Assembly: GCF_000315625.1 (NCBI RefSeq)
Contig: NW_005434517.1
Coordinates: 58,785 to 122,784, forward strand
Length of the DNA: 64,000 nucleotides
Direction of reading: 5' to 3'
Source: Guillardia theta CCMP2712
Lineage: Eukaryota > Protista > Cryptophyta
Shown: piece by piece, positions 40,601 to 53,792 of the stretch
Numbering within the stretch: the stretch's first letter is position 1
How the letters are laid out: every line of letters begins with the position of its first letter
The notes under the pieces: model-generated
The model's database searches: none
The model's input: the letters and a program-made list of their open reading frames with translations, nothing else
Told to the model about the DNA's origin: nothing
Program-made: the position numbers and the translations under genes

Positions 40601-43412
40601 TTGTTCAACAAGGACCAGAGCTGGGGGTGAAGGGACGCCAGTAAGCGCGTGGACGAGCTCGCGAGTTCTTCACGTACCGGGTAAGAGCCGGAGCCATCTT
40701 CCTTAGAGGAGAGGCAGACGTGCTTGACCATGCGGATGTCGCTCGCGTCTCCACGTTTCCCCTCTCTCTCCTCCTTCACTTCTTCGCTCCCCCGTGCCTG
40801 ATCCATAGCGTCCAGTGCCGCGTTGGTTAGGCGCATGAAGACTTCATGCAGCTTCGAGTCCGTCCCCTCCTGCTCAGCACGGGCGTGACTTGCTGACCTC
40901 CCGCGGCTCTCGAGGGACCTGCAAGCTCTCGTACAGGAAGTCTGCGTCGATCTTCAGCCCGATCAGCTGCCGTCCGAACAAGCTCATGAAGCTAACGGCT
41001 GCAAGGACATCCTCGACCTGCTCCCTCACGTCAGCGTGAAGCTCAGCCCCCGCCAGTCCCGACTTGCTCCTCGCCGAAGAGCTGGCATGCGCGCGGCCGC
41101 GAGCCTGTCGGAGGCTTGATAAGCGTGTGGGGTTGGCCGGCTAGCTCGCCCTCCTCGATAAGAACCTGGAGGAAAATCAGCAGGCTAGGAATCAGAGGCT
41201 CTTGTACCTCAGCGTCCAGGATCGGTCGCTTTGCTTGCGCGTCTTTCTGCTTCTTCTGCTCTGTACGCTCGCGCTCTTTCTCTCTCTCTTCTTTCTTCTT
41301 TGCCTGTCAAGACCTTAACGCAGAGAAACTCTCACAAGGTCGGAACCTCCTCAGCTTTCTTGCGCAGCTGATCTTCTTTCCTCTGGTTCTCTCTCTCCTG
41401 AGCACAATCTTTGGTTGCTGATGAAACCCTGGCAAAACTCACCTTCTTCAGTCTTTCTCTTTCCTCCTTCTGCCTCTGCTTCAATTGCTGAAGCAGATAT
41501 CTTAGTGATTGTATCAGATAACCAACACTCTTACTTCTCTGCGAAGTTTTTCTTCCATCGCAGCTTGCTTTTTCTGCCATGCATCCTGTCCGTTGCTGGA
41601 CTTTTCTTTATTTCTCTTCTTCGGAATCACGGTCTTTGGGGCGCCTTTCTTGCCTTTGTCGCACGTGTGTGCACAGTGAGACCCATACGTGCAAGCTTTG
41701 CACTCCTTCCTGCCCGCCTCGTTCCCGTTGTCTGACTTCTCTGCCAGGTCTGCGTGTTTACCCTCGAGCTTCATCGCGCCCTTGTTCTGGTCTTCATCTT
41801 CGCAAGTCTTGACCCGCTGCTGACGCAAGTCAACAAGGAAAAGCAACACATTCGCTCGTCTCACGGCGAAGGCAGACGAGCTGCCGGAGTCCCTGAACAA
41901 CTCAATCAGGGCGAGCTCACAGACGTGTATAGTATAGCAGCAGTCGCACAGGCGTGTACGAGAAAAAAAGAAGATTCAAAACATAGTCAGGGGCTTCACC
42001 TTGAGGCAGCCAAATCTCGGAGCGCCATTTCCTTGAGAGCCTGCAGTCTGTCAACAGGCTTGCTGAGGTGGAAGTTGTGCCGATGCTGAAGCAGCTCATC
42101 GTCGCGGGTCAACTCACTCTTGAAGGTCCGTCCTTCTGCCCCCTCCCATCAGCGCTACTGCATGCTCACCGAAAGCTGTAAACACCTGCAAGCAGGCGAG
42201 TATCAAATGCTGACGAGTTTGTCGCCATGAGCAGCGAAGATGAAGCTGGAAAAAAATCACAAGTCGGTCAAAGGCAGGACCGACACGGCAAGCACAGCTC
42301 ATTACCAACGTCTCTCAGCTGATCGGACAACTTGTAAGAGCTGACCTCATTTTGTAACCGAACAGCGCCCAGCGGGTTTCTGTGAGCAAACATCACTTCC
42401 GCAGTTGCTGAAAGTGGCGGTAGAACAAGGGGAGGAGGTGGAGGAACTTAGAAGAAGGGGAAGAGGAGGTGGAGGAACTTAGAAGAAGGGGAAGAGGGGG
42501 TGGAGGAACTTAGAAGAAGGGGAAGAGGAGGTGGAGGAACTCACGAGAACATGGTCATTGGGTTTATGCTCTTGTAGTAGTCAAACGGCAGGGAGGTCTT
42601 GGGGTCGCCTGGACCAGAGGAGGTAAGTCATGCAGCACAAACAACATCCATCGCCACCTCGCATGAAGAGGTTAGACGAGCTTGTCCTCTGCTAAGAGCC
42701 GTCAGACCTCAGCAGCCACACCGTTATGATTGCAGTCACCGGATCAAAGAATGTGTTGGAGTAGTAGTTCATAAGTCCGTTGGGGCACCCTTGATTCATC
42801 TCCATGTTCATGCTCTGGGTTACAGCTGTTCTGGCCCAGGGCTGGTCGTTGCCTCCTGACAGCCTCTCTGTCAAAGGATCTCAAGGAGAATCAGGCTCAC
42901 CATTGAGCATGGACGTGATGTGCATGCTCTTGTCGGGCTTGCTGCATGTGAAGGCGCCTTCTTTGCTGGGGTCAAGAGACGGAAGAGAATCTTGCGAACG
43001 TCCGACAGACATGTCCGAGCTCTTCATGCAACGCGATCGCTCAACCTTGAATCTGGTCTAGTGATAGTATACCGCTGCCGTCAAATATCCTTCATTACCA
43101 GCAGGATGTTGTTTCATCCTATCGCCTCTCGTTGCGAGCTCCAAAAGACATGGTGTGAAACATGTAATGAGCCGAAACCATCTGAAACAAAAATTCATTC
43201 ATGAAAAGTTGAACGTAGTGAGGAATGTATACAGAGAAGCTAACGTCTGCTCTTCAATTTCTTTCCTCCCTCCCTTCCTGTCAGCTTGTAGGGTTGCTCT
43301 AAGTAATATCGCTCCTGTAAACCCCACCTTCCGATTTTCCATTGAATGCCAACTGGCCTACCGTGACATATGAAAATCCATGCTGTGTGCATTGTTCCAT
43401 CAATCCTCGTTG

Positions 43413-43464
<52 letters not shown>

Positions 43465-43727
43465 ACTGACTGACTGACTGACTGACTGACTGACTGACTG
43501 CGTCCGATACATGCATTTCCTTTTCGTAGTTTCTAATTGATGCCCGAGACACAGCTAATAGAAGTTTGAAATCTTCTACAGCTCATGTCTTCAACATGTC
43601 TTCGATATGTTTTCATCTTGCTTTGGTCTCTTCCTTTGACTGGCTCACCACTCTTGCTCCCCATTCCCCCCTCCCCCTCTTTCGCCATCTTTTTTGTTTT
43701 TTTAAATTTTTTTAAACCACTACCCAT
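37641..43727 (-). CDS. DDT/WHIM-domain chromatin protein (BAZ/RLT-like) with C-terminal Tudor-like domain; multi-exon, 5' extent uncertain
   Basis: DDT-like EDVLAAVSFMSLFGRQL...KLHEVFMRL; LLNNITWPALL; WHIM-like RVYW...GWTCYSYGEELDAL...LSVRGMQENNL; Tudor-like GRKLRVCVW...WHACV...HRVRWNDGEEEWL. Confidence 0.55.
42430..42541. repeat. 31-bp tandem repeat (~3.5 copies), intronic
   Basis: GGGGAAGAGGAGGTGGAGGAACTTAGAAGAA repeated. Confidence 0.85.
43411..43500. repeat. (TGCC)n(TGAC)n compound microsatellite
   Basis: Direct reading. Confidence 0.95.
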
Positions 43728-43949
43728 TGCTGCTCTGTTGTGTACAACCACCACCCCACTACCCCACTACCCCACCGAATTACTAACATCTACCCCTACG
43801 ATCACTACCCACCTCAGGCTGGTCGGCGCCGCTAGTCACCCGGGCGGCCCCTCCAACTCCCTCCAGCACGGTCAAGATGCCAGTGGCGGCCCAGCGTTGA
43901 AAGAGTCTGGTACGAGAACTTCGGAAAACCGGTGGCATCACAAGTGTGA

Positions 43950-44370
43950 TACTGAGAGAAACTTGACCATCATCATGATAAGAGAAAACCATCATCACGA
44001 TAAGAGAAACTTGACCGTACCATCCGATGATCATCATGACTCGATGATAAGAGAACTTCCGGAAACCATCATCATGATAAGAGAAACTTGACCATCATCA
44101 TGATAAGGGAAAACCATCATACCATGCCATCATCATGTCGGATGAAAGTCACAACTTGGCAATGAATTTCCAGTCACGGTCACCCGGTCCCGCACCCGGC
44201 GTCACCGCAAGTTGCCCGGCGCTCCGTACTGAGCAAGAGGCCGGGCGGTGCCGCCGAGTAGGCGGCCGCTGAGAGATGCCGGGTCACCGGGCAGGGAGCC
44301 GGGGCGGGCGCGCTTTGAGGCAGTGAGCAATTCGCACAGGCCCCTCGGAACGTGGACAGCAGTGACTCCG
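43950..44370. promoter_or_regulatory. Imperfect GAGAAACTTGACCATCATCATGATAA repeats followed by a GC-rich island, in a divergent intergenic region
   Basis: About five imperfect units at 43950-44140; GC island at 44175-44370. Confidence 0.4.
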
Positions 44371-44618
44371 CCACCGATGGTTAGACATCGAAGAATCAAC
44401 CATGTCCGGACCAACTAGAGAGGAAGGGGGAAAAGGCGGGCTAGGGACCTAGACTCAGATTATTTCTCCGGGGTTCCGAAGTTGAAGCAAAGATGTTTTT
44501 AGCGAAAGCAATATGTCAAAATCAAGCGATGCAACGGTGCGAATCTAGAGGGGATTGCGATCGCAGAAAGCTCTCGGATGTTCATCCAACGAGTTCTGCA
44601 TCATGCCTTTGGACTCCC

Positions 44619-44880
44619 TTACATAGAATCAGGGGCCTCGCAGTTGTCGTAGCTGATTCCGGAGGTGGACTCGGTGTCAGGAGGGTTCCAGACCTGCAGT
44701 GACACATTATCGATCAGCGAACTGAGGAGTGAGTAGCAACGCTCTCACATCTCCTGCAGCTGAGTTGTCAGGCATGTCGAGGTATGGTCCCAGCGCCTTG
44801 AAGCCGTTGCCCTTGAAGAAGGAAACATCGGGATGAAGATAATAGAGCATGGGGGACTCTGCAGGGATGGCGAACAGCTG
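44619..44880 (-). CDS. Possible small two/three-exon hypothetical gene
   Basis: LFAIPAESPMLYYLHPDVSFFKGNGFKALGPYLDMPD... and VWNPPDTESTSGISYDNCEAPDSM*, each after a CAG acceptor. Confidence 0.3.
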
Positions 44881-45866
44881 AGAAACAAACGATCAGGATT
44901 GTGATAAAAAAATTATATGATGCCTCATCATCATAGAATGAAATCATCCATGAACGAAAAGGACGTACTGGGGCTTTTATAAATGCCCGTCTCAATACGG
45001 AGACATTCCTCAATTTTCAATTTGTATGACACGATCAGCACATTCACATAGAACAAAATTCATTTCCCTGCCCGGTATTCTTGTCCAGGGTCGTTCATAT
45101 AGGAAGTCATAATTTTACCAAATGTCATGCCTGATCGTTGGTCTCTTCTATTCAAGATAACATTTTACACAACACTATGCTATTGTGTGTACTCTAAAAC
45201 ATAGAATACATTCGCGTTAAACAAATCATCAATTAATTGTATCTATTCAATTTGAAGCTGCCACATCATCAACACCTTTATACCTGCACAGGCAAGCATC
45301 TGACAATCATCATCATCGACCTCTGGGAGTCTTTTTTTAGTATCGACCGTTCCAATCAAAACACACGACATGCTCAATAAGTTATGCACACAGTTTATCA
45401 CATGAGAAACACACATCATAGTAAAAAGACACGTCACATGCACTTCATGTGATACATGCATAGTTTTGCTATCGCTCAAGCCGTGTCATGGCGCAGAGAT
45501 TCTTGCTGTGTCGCATCGTTTGCTTTCTGCTGCACTCACCATGATTCAGATGTCTCTTCGACAGCGCCTCGCACCCCACCCCCTCCTGCAAAACTACCCC
45601 CTCGCACAACCTTGCACCACCCTACCTGAAACGATCATCTTCCCATCCAGTGTACCCCCGAACGGGAACTACAAAGTACCGGTAAGATCCCAGGCCTCCC
45701 GTGATTGCACAGTACCTGAAGTTTTAGGCAATTCTTAGATCCGCGGCGGGCCGGGCTCGGCGGGCCGGCAGACCGGGAGAAGTCGAGGCAGGTTACTGAA
45801 CTTTGATAAGTAAAAGAAGTGGGGGTGAGAGGCGCATGATGATGCACGGAAAGAAAGATACCTGAC

Positions 45867-45951
<85 letters not shown>
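45867..45951. repeat. (GCAGGA)n hexamer repeat upstream of SepSecS
   Basis: Direct reading. Confidence 0.95.
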
Positions 45952-46081
45952 TTCCAGAGTGAAGACACCTGAGAGGATAAGATCAAAGTGAACCAGTAAA
46001 CGTTTAATACAGCAAAGAGCAGGAAGCAGCGAAGGTTGGACAGTGAGTTGAAGCTGGGGACAGCATCTACTAGTGAACAAG

Positions 46082-47524
46082 ATGAACCCGACCAACTTTG
46101 AGCTGGCTGAAGGGTTGATCTCTTCGCGATACATCAAGCAGGCCCTTGAGGCTAGAAACAAGAGGGACAACCTGGTGAAGTCCCTGCTTTCACAGCGAAG
46201 AATGCCAGAGGACGGGTGGGATGATCAGCAGATCGTGTTCTTCCTGCAGAACCTCTCAGCCATGGACTCCAATAACTTCGTAGACAACATCGGCGTGGGA
46301 GAGCGTGAAGGCCGAATCTTTAACCGACTCGTGTCGGAAAGATACTACGGCATGAGCCACGGGGTGGGGAGGAGCGGCGACCTCACTGCCGAACAACCGA
46401 AGGCGGCAGGTTCCTCTCTGCTGGGCAAGCTCGCCAATCTCATGGTCATGGATGCTCTAAAGATAGCGGGCATGCACAACGTGAGCTCCTGCGCCGTCCT
46501 GCCTGTTGCAACCGGTATGGCCATTACCTTGTCTCTCATGGGAATCTCTTCAGCCCGTCCTGGAGCGAAGAAAGTGATCTGGCCGCGGGTGGATCAGAAG
46601 ACTTGCCTCAAGTCTCTCCTAGCCATGGGCCTGACCCCCATCATCATCGAGAACATGCTGGAAGGCGACGAAGTGGTGGCTGACATGAATGCCATCGAGC
46701 AGGCCATCATCGAGCATGGACCCGACAACATCCTGACTGTGATTGCCACGACCTCTTGCTTTGCTCCGCGTCGTCCAGAGAGGATTGTTGCCATCGCCGA
46801 GCTGTGCAAGAAGCATGAGGTGCCTCTGCTTGTCAACAACGCGTACGGATGTCAGAGTCGAGTCAACATGAAGAGCATCGCGTCAGCATGTCAGCGAGGA
46901 CGAATCGATGGAATAGTGCAGAGCACAGACAAAAACTTCATGGTACCGGTGGGAGGAGCTATCCTCGCGACGGTGAACAGAAACGACGACCTCGTGAAGG
47001 CAGTTGCCTCTCTCTATCCCGGGAGAGCTTCTTGCTCTGCCGTCCAAGACCTCTTCATCACGCTCTTGTCCATGGGACGCAGGGGATACCAGAAGCTCTT
47101 GGAGGAAAGGGAGGAGATGCTCGCGTACATGTTCTCGAAGGTCGGAGAAGTTGCGCAGCAGCATGGTGAGAGGATGTTGAACACTTCTGGCAACGGAATT
47201 TCGCTCGCCATGACGCTTGACTCCTATGTCGCCATGGTGGGGAAACCAGGCGTGAGTCAGCTTGGCAGCATGCTATTTGCGAGGTCATGCTCAGGTACAC
47301 GGGTGGTGACGTGCGTGAAAGAAGAACGAGTCGGGGGGATAGCGTTTCAAGGGTACGGCGCGCACATGAGCAACTATCCTTGCGCTTACCTCTCCTTCGC
47401 GTGCGCGATTGGCATCCAAAAGGAGGAGGTCGACCTGTTTGCAGAGCGTCTTGGCAAAACTCTAAAGGAGTTCCGTAAGAAATGCGAGAAGAAAGAGGGA
47501 GGAAAGGAGGAGAAGCAGGAGTGA
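46082..47524 (+). CDS. SEPSECS: O-phosphoseryl-tRNA(Sec) selenium transferase, single exon
   Basis: MDSNNF...GVGEREGR, HGVGRSGDLTAEQPKAAGSS, PVATGM, WPRVDQKTC, TTSCFAPR, VNNAYG, QSTDKNFMVPVGG (PLP Lys) and YPGRAS. Confidence 0.97.
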   Translation: MNPTNFELAEGLISSRYIKQALEARNKRDNLVKSLLSQRRMPEDGWDDQQIVFFLQNLSAMDSNNFVDNIGVGEREGRIFNRLVSERYYGMSHGVGRSGDLTAEQPKAAGSSLLGKLANLMVMDALKIAGMHNVSSCAVLPVATGMAITLSLMGISSARPGAKKVIWPRVDQKTCLKSLLAMGLTPIIIENMLEGDEVVADMNAIEQAIIEHGPDNILTVIATTSCFAPRRPERIVAIAELCKKHEVPLLVNNAYGCQSRVNMKSIASACQRGRIDGIVQSTDKNFMVPVGGAILATVNRNDDLVKAVASLYPGRASCSAVQDLFITLLSMGRRGYQKLLEEREEMLAYMFSKVGEVAQQHGERMLNTSGNGISLAMTLDSYVAMVGKPGVSQLGSMLFARSCSGTRVVTCVKEERVGGIAFQGYGAHMSNYPCAYLSFACAIGIQKEEVDLFAERLGKTLKEFRKKCEKKEGGKEEKQE

Positions 47525-47657
47525 TAAGATTGGTTGAATCATTCAAGTTCCGAAAAATCTCTTCAAGAGGTCAACCACTTACCCTCCTCTAAACCCCCCC
47601 CCCCCCTCCTCCCCCCTCAACCTCCTAGCTCTCTCCTATGCCCATCTCACGGAAAAA

Positions 47658-50600
47658 TTACTGCGGCATGTTGAGCTTGCGCTTGAAGAATTTGATGATG
47701 TTGACGATCCCATCGCCCTGCATTTGTTGTCATGGGAGCCAACAGGCATAGAGAGTGAAGAGTATTGGTAGTGAAGGAGTCACAACAGGTGATATGAAGA
47801 AGAGAAAACGGACGAGGACAGCGAAGGTGACAAAAAGCAAGAGAAATAATATACCTCTCCCTTAGGAGTCTCGGCAAGACCATGTGTGTGTTTGTCATAC
47901 CACAACCTGCTGCCGTGTGACTTGAAGTCTCCACTTTCTCTTCCTCCCCTCAACTTCCCCCTACCACTGCTCCACTAACATGTTTGTCTCCTGCCACCGA
48001 CCTCAAATTGTACTATCCTCGCTACCACGGGCACCTCATCGTCTGTCTTACATTTCCACGTCTGCTCCTCGCTCCTTCAGCGCAAAATAATACTCCTTGC
48101 TCTGAAACGGCGGAACCTGCGCATTGCTTACCCCCGCCAGCACATGCTGCACACGCGCATCATCCTTACCCTTCGATCATCTCCTCCCACGAGCAGCAGC
48201 ACGGGACCAGACACGTTGGAAACATGCGCCATCGGCGACATGCTGAAGGCCTTGGACTGCATTACACTCAATTTTCAGTCTCTTTCACTCATACCACTCG
48301 TGCTTTCCTCTCGTGTTCTCCTCATTGTCCCTCCTCCAACTTGTCTGCATGCATGCTAACTCCTACAGTACTCACGTATTGCTCAGCACTTGGTTGGGCG
48401 AAGCACGCCTCCATGCCGATCTCTGTGTAGCACCTGTCCTGCTGTCAGTACAAGAATTCTCCTTGCCCCTGGTCCATGCCCGCGCGTCCACACTCGTCGC
48501 CTCCTCTCCCTGTCCTTCCTCAAATTCACTCTACCCATCTCTCTTTCGGATTGGTAATGAAATTTGTTTTCTCCTCCACCTCCTCGTTTCTGTGATTCGA
48601 CTCTCTCACTTCCTGCCACCCCTTCCCTTTTGTGCTCTTCCTTGCTGTATTTTCCTCTCCTCTCACTCGTTGCTTTGCCTCTTACCAGTCTGGGATGTCG
48701 GTAGCTCCGAACATGGTGGCAACATTCGTTACAGGATTTCTGACAGCCGCAGCTTTGAACATTGAAGGAAACCTGTCGAAGAGTGAGACACGCCGAAAAA
48801 GAGGAACGAGGATATGATTGAGCTTAATCACATCTGATGTTATCACTAGGACGCTCAGTATCGATCATACTCACTGTGCCAGCAGGTGCAGCGACAAGAA
48901 TCCCCCGTGCGATCCGCCGCAAACCACGACCTGAAGAGGAAGGTGAGGAAGTAAAGAGTGAAGTAACGCCTCACTCGGTCCCGATCAAGATGTGGATATC
49001 GCCGCAGGACCTGCATGCGTGGTGAGGCTCAGCCTTGCCACCTGGTTCCAGCTACCTCCTCAGTCGCATGAAGCATGTCGTCCACGTCCTGTCTGTTGTG
49101 ATGGTCAGAAGTGACCTCTCTCTTTGACGAAGCATCTTTACCTGCCAATCTTCCCGCACAATGACTCAATGTGATCTTGACCGTAACTGAAGGTTACAGG
49201 AGATCGATAGAAAAGCATAGATGTTAAAAGCGCAACACATTCAAGGTTGGTTCTCACCCTGATGATCCTCTGTAGTTGACACTCAAGACCGCAAATCCCT
49301 CCAAAGCCCAGAACAAAAGCCTAAGTCAAGTATCAATGCTCCGGTTCCTCTTGCCCTAGCTCACTCCTTTTCTCTCCTCCCAGCTCCCTGCCTCCCTCCC
49401 CTCTCCTCCTCTTTCGTTGGGCTTACGAGGGATAGAAGTCTTGCACGGCGTTTACGTGTGGGCCACCGTGAGGAAAGACAATGAGAGGTGTCTTGCTGTC
49501 GGAGAGAGGATAGTTGGAGTTGCTCTGCTGGGAGATGAGAGAGCTTTGCGAGGATTTTCAACATCGTCACCTTATTTAGATTCTCAATGTCAACGAAGAT
49601 TGACTCGTAAAAACCTGATGACATGTCAATATTTAGTGTCGCTCCTCCTTCGGTATGTTTGTGATGCACGTTCCCGTTTACTGTCTTTTCTCTTTCGTTC
49701 CTCACGTGACCCACATCTTCCTCCCTTACCCTCCATCCCGTCTGTCTGCGGGGCTTGCATCGCAATCAGCTCCCACTGACACGCTCAACGTCATTCCACG
49801 AGGACATGCTTGATCGCACACCTTGATTGTGCTGATGTTAGAGGCGTAAGGAGAAGCCCCGCTGCTGATCTGCCAATGTTTGCAATCTTGAGAGCGATCG
49901 TCAGCTTGGAACTTGATCAAAAACGCTTGGTGAGGCCTACAAGCCTCGTCAGTAGAGAATCCCAAAGCCAATCGGTTCTTGACCTTGAAATAGACCCATG
50001 AGCGGCCAGAATGAAATCATTCCGCATGTCAAGAAACGTCCAGGAGCCTATCTCATCGCAGTCGTTGCCGATCTTAATCTTCTTCACACCCTGCGAAAAC
50101 ATCACAAGCAGAGGCGAAGGGGAAATCTTGACCTCTGTTCCCGACGCTTCAGTGTCGATTGACAGCAGGACTCTACGCGACTTCCATTCTGCAGGTGAAG
50201 AGAGAGCATGTCAGGAATAAACATCCCTGAAAAGAGCTTTACCGCTTTGAAGGATCAGATGTCGCGAGTCACTTGCCCACACCCTCCGCAAGCTTGTCAG
50301 GCCATGATCAGAAACTTCACGAGCTGCTACCGAGAAGGAAGTTGTTCAACAGGCAGGAAAAGTCCGGGAAATTCATCAACGGAGTTGGGAAGGCCAACAA
50401 TGCCGACGACAATTCTTCGCTCAAGTTGTCCCGCTCCCTCTGGAGGCCATCGAGCAACCAACACCGACGAGCTCGAGTAGTGAGCTGAGCTTCTTGCTGC
50501 ATTCATATACATCATCTTCTTTCCATCGTCACTGAACCTCGGGCTGTTCCAATGGTCAGTTGCTTCCATCTCATCCGTTTCAAAACCGTTTGCAGCCCTA

Positions 50601-51992
50601 AACCCTAAACCCTATGACACCCCAACCTCCATTCTCAGATCATCCATTGCAATCTGAGTTGACCTCTGCCCTTCTAATTCTTTCAATCACATTGCTCCCC
50701 AAGATTTCGCGCTCAAATCCTCTCCCTGTCCTCCGACTTCTCACCTTCGAGCTGCCCAGTCTTCGTCGCCCGTCAACCATCTCACTGGATTTCTCGAGCT
50801 CGCCGGCGTCGTGCTGGAAGTTCGCTGCCCTTGCGGAGCTCCTCGCGTAGCTTCGGAAGAGAAGAATGGAGCTATGGCCAGGCCGATCTTCGACTTCCGT
50901 GTGTTGTAGAAACGAAGCCCAAGCCGCCTTGGAGTTGTCTAAAGGGAGAACATGAGCTGAGGGTACAGGAGAACGCAGAGTACGAGATGGAGATGAAAGG
51001 ATTCAAGGTGTTTCAGAGAGATATAGCGAAACAAGAATGCGATGGAAGAGAAATGAGCACCTGAAACCCAACGAAAACAATGCCAGTAGAGTCAGGAGTC
51101 CAAACGGCTTGACCAGCTGCGAAGTCAGCCGGGATGCCGTCGACAGGTTTGACCTGTGAGAAGCGAAGTCTTAGATCTGAGGAAAAACAGAGAGGAAGCA
51201 TGCCTCTTCACTAGCAATGTGCAGGACAAAGAGACGGGCCTTGCTCTTACCCACTGACAGCTCCCCCCAGTCATCCTCGAACACAAACTCTCTTCCTCTC
51301 CCATTGTCCTCTCCGTTGCCTCCTTGCTTCGCAGGAAAGAAGGAGGAGCTTTTGGCTTTTTTCTCCTCAGCCGCGTACAGAAGCATGGTCTCCTCCTTAT
51401 TCCACGACAGACATGCGAAACTGTCGGCGACGTTGATAGGGCCATGCAGCTCACCGTAGGAGGACACGGAGAGCAAGAGGGCGTGTCGGTCCCATATCTC
51501 GATGCTCTGCTCCTTGACCCCCTTCACGTCTCGCACCCTGACCATCGCGACTAGCTTGCCGGAGGGCGAGACTGACATGCTCAAAACATCTCGCAGATCC
51601 GTTGGGAAAGCATCACAAGAGTAGGTAACCGGAGACGAGGACGAAGGGGAGGAAGGAGGCGAATATGAGGGAAGAAAGGTAGCGAGATGAGATCTCTGCT
51701 CGTCATTCTTCATATCCTTTTGGTTTCTCCTCATCATGATGGTGGGAAATTCGTTTCCATCTGAGATCAGATAACCACCTGTAATGCTTGGGATCGAGAC
51801 AAGGTTGGAGTACAGCTTCTCTGACGGCATCTTGTCAGCCATGGAAATGCGCTGGAATGTTGAGTGCCGTCTGCAAGATGCGCGACAAGACACCCGTGAC
51901 GAAAACGTTCGGAGAGTGGCAGGAGACGGAGGATGAAATCCTTGCACTGAGAAGATCCCAATGCCTAGGAGCAGAACTTTCCGAACAGTCAA
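47658..51992 (-). CDS. APEH: Acylaminoacyl peptidase (S9C), multi-exon, with bipartite plastid-targeting presequence
   Basis: Catalytic GGSHGGF (~48900), RNPVTN...TDIPDW, SPMAHV...GGDDRRVP and YDKHTHGL; N-terminal SVSPSG...SIEIW and FEDDWGE; presequence VLLLGIGIFSVQG|FHPP; start codon uncertain. Confidence 0.9.
50596..50614 (-). repeat. Short interstitial telomere-like tract (CCCTAAA)2CCCTA in an APEH intron
   Basis: Direct reading. Confidence 0.7.
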
Positions 51993-52630
51993 GGAGTTGG
52001 AAATCCTCAGATCGATGCTGCAATCAACGCTTTCAATCAGGGCATGAGATCAGAAACAAACAGCGACCATCTTTCACGTTTGCCTACTCGATGACCTTCG
52101 TCACAAGGCCCATGTGCCCCTTACTACCTTTTTGCTCGCTGTCACGTCGAAACGTTCTCTTTCTATTATTTCATCTCTTCTATTACTCCCTCTCCTCGGA
52201 TGCTGCTCTCGACCACAACTTCTTGTCTTGACTGCAATCTTCATCATTCTCACGCCTATACACGTCTTTCCTTCAGGTCCATCAGCTTGCATCTTCTTGG
52301 AGTGTGGTGTGATAACCATCGCTGTTGTTGGGGATGCTCGTGAAAGTTTAATTATCTGGCACTCTTCTCCTTCCTCCTCCTTGTTCTAACTCCTACTCTC
52401 CCCCTCGCTGTCCTGCTCTCTGCGCTGCTTCTTTGTTCCTCTCGACATCCTCTGCGATCAGCATTGACCATTTCCTCGTCTTTCACTCACCCCATTCTAA
52501 CCACCTCCAACCTTCTTGTACTAATTTTAATTAACTAAACCCTTTCTAAACCCTCCTACCCCTGGATCTCTATAGCAAATATAGCGGGCAAATAGGGTAC
52601 CAGCTTCCCCTGCCCTCGTTACGGGGCCAC

Positions 52631-53623
52631 ATGGCCAGTAGAGCCATGCTCACTTTTATCGCCGCCAGCATGGCAGGGGTGCGAGTGGGAGCATGGCAGA
52701 TGCCGAACTTAGGATCTATGGCTACCCAACAAGCTCTCAGGTGCAGACTTGAACATGCAGGATCGTTGCGCCCCCTTATCAACTCCAAGGTGAAGATTTG
52801 TGACAGTGGGCTTGACGTATTGAGCTGCTGGCAGATGTATGCTAGAGTCCTACCTCAGCCGACGCCAAAACTTCTTCCTACGATCCGCTCATCTTGTGTT
52901 GTAAGGATGATGAGCAGCTCCACAAAGATGCAGTACGACCAAGAGCAGCTGAGACTGCTAGACTCTGACGAGTGCATCATTGTGAATGACAAGGACGAGG
53001 TTCTTGGGCATGGCTCAAAGAAGTACTGTCATTTGATGGAAAACATCTCTGCAGGCAAAGCTCTTCACCGTGCATTCAGTATCTTTCTATTCAATGGCAG
53101 AGGCGAGCTACTACTTCAGAAACGATCCAGTGATAAGATTCTCTTTCCGAATCGCTGGACCAACACGTGTTGCAGCCATCCCTTGTACAACAGTGAGGAG
53201 ATGGATGATCCTGCTACTGCTGATGCCAAGGGCGTAAAGCAAGCAGCTGTACGGAAGCTTGAGCACGAGCTTGGGATCAGACAGGGGCAAGTGAAAAAGG
53301 AGGACCTGTCCTACCTGACTAGAATCGTTTACAAGGCAGCAGTAGGGGAAGATGACAAATGGGGAGAGCATGAGGTGGACTACATCTTGGTTGCAAAGGC
53401 TGATGTTGAATGCGTCTTGAATCCAAACGAAGTGTCCGAGATCAAGTATCTCAACAAGGCAGAGCTGAACGCGCTTCTAGACGCTGAAGATAAAGGAGAA
53501 ATCATGCTGTCACCCTGGTTCAAAGCCATCGCACAAAGGTGGCTACCTGTCTGGTGGGATGCTGTGCTCAAGGATGAGGTAGAGAAGGTTAAAGACGTCG
53601 AGACGATCCATATCTTAAGTTGA
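52631..53623 (+). CDS. IDI1: Isopentenyl-diphosphate delta-isomerase type 1, probably plastid-targeted; probable in-frame intron ~52790-52834
   Basis: LHRAFSIFLFN, LLLQKRS, FPNRWTNTCCSHP, RKLEHELG, WGEHEVDY and SPWF; signal peptide ...VRVGA|W. Confidence 0.95.
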   Translation: MASRAMLTFIAASMAGVRVGAWQMPNLGSMATQQALRCRLEHAGSLRPLINSKVKICDSGLDVLSCWQMYARVLPQPTPKLLPTIRSSCVVRMMSSSTKMQYDQEQLRLLDSDECIIVNDKDEVLGHGSKKYCHLMENISAGKALHRAFSIFLFNGRGELLLQKRSSDKILFPNRWTNTCCSHPLYNSEEMDDPATADAKGVKQAAVRKLEHELGIRQGQVKKEDLSYLTRIVYKAAVGEDDKWGEHEVDYILVAKADVECVLNPNEVSEIKYLNKAELNALLDAEDKGEIMLSPWFKAIAQRWLPVWWDAVLKDEVEKVKDVETIHILS

Positions 53624-53792
53624 GCTTGAGCTGCTGCAGCTTTGATGTAATTTATTTGATGAAAATCAAACAGCAGAAATTTCTGCCGACTCAAAGTGTT
53701 GTTATGATCATATCCTGAAGGAAAAATTGCCATGTATTTTCATGGGAAAAGGGTACGATTTTACATTCTGATATCGGTGTTGCAACATACCT

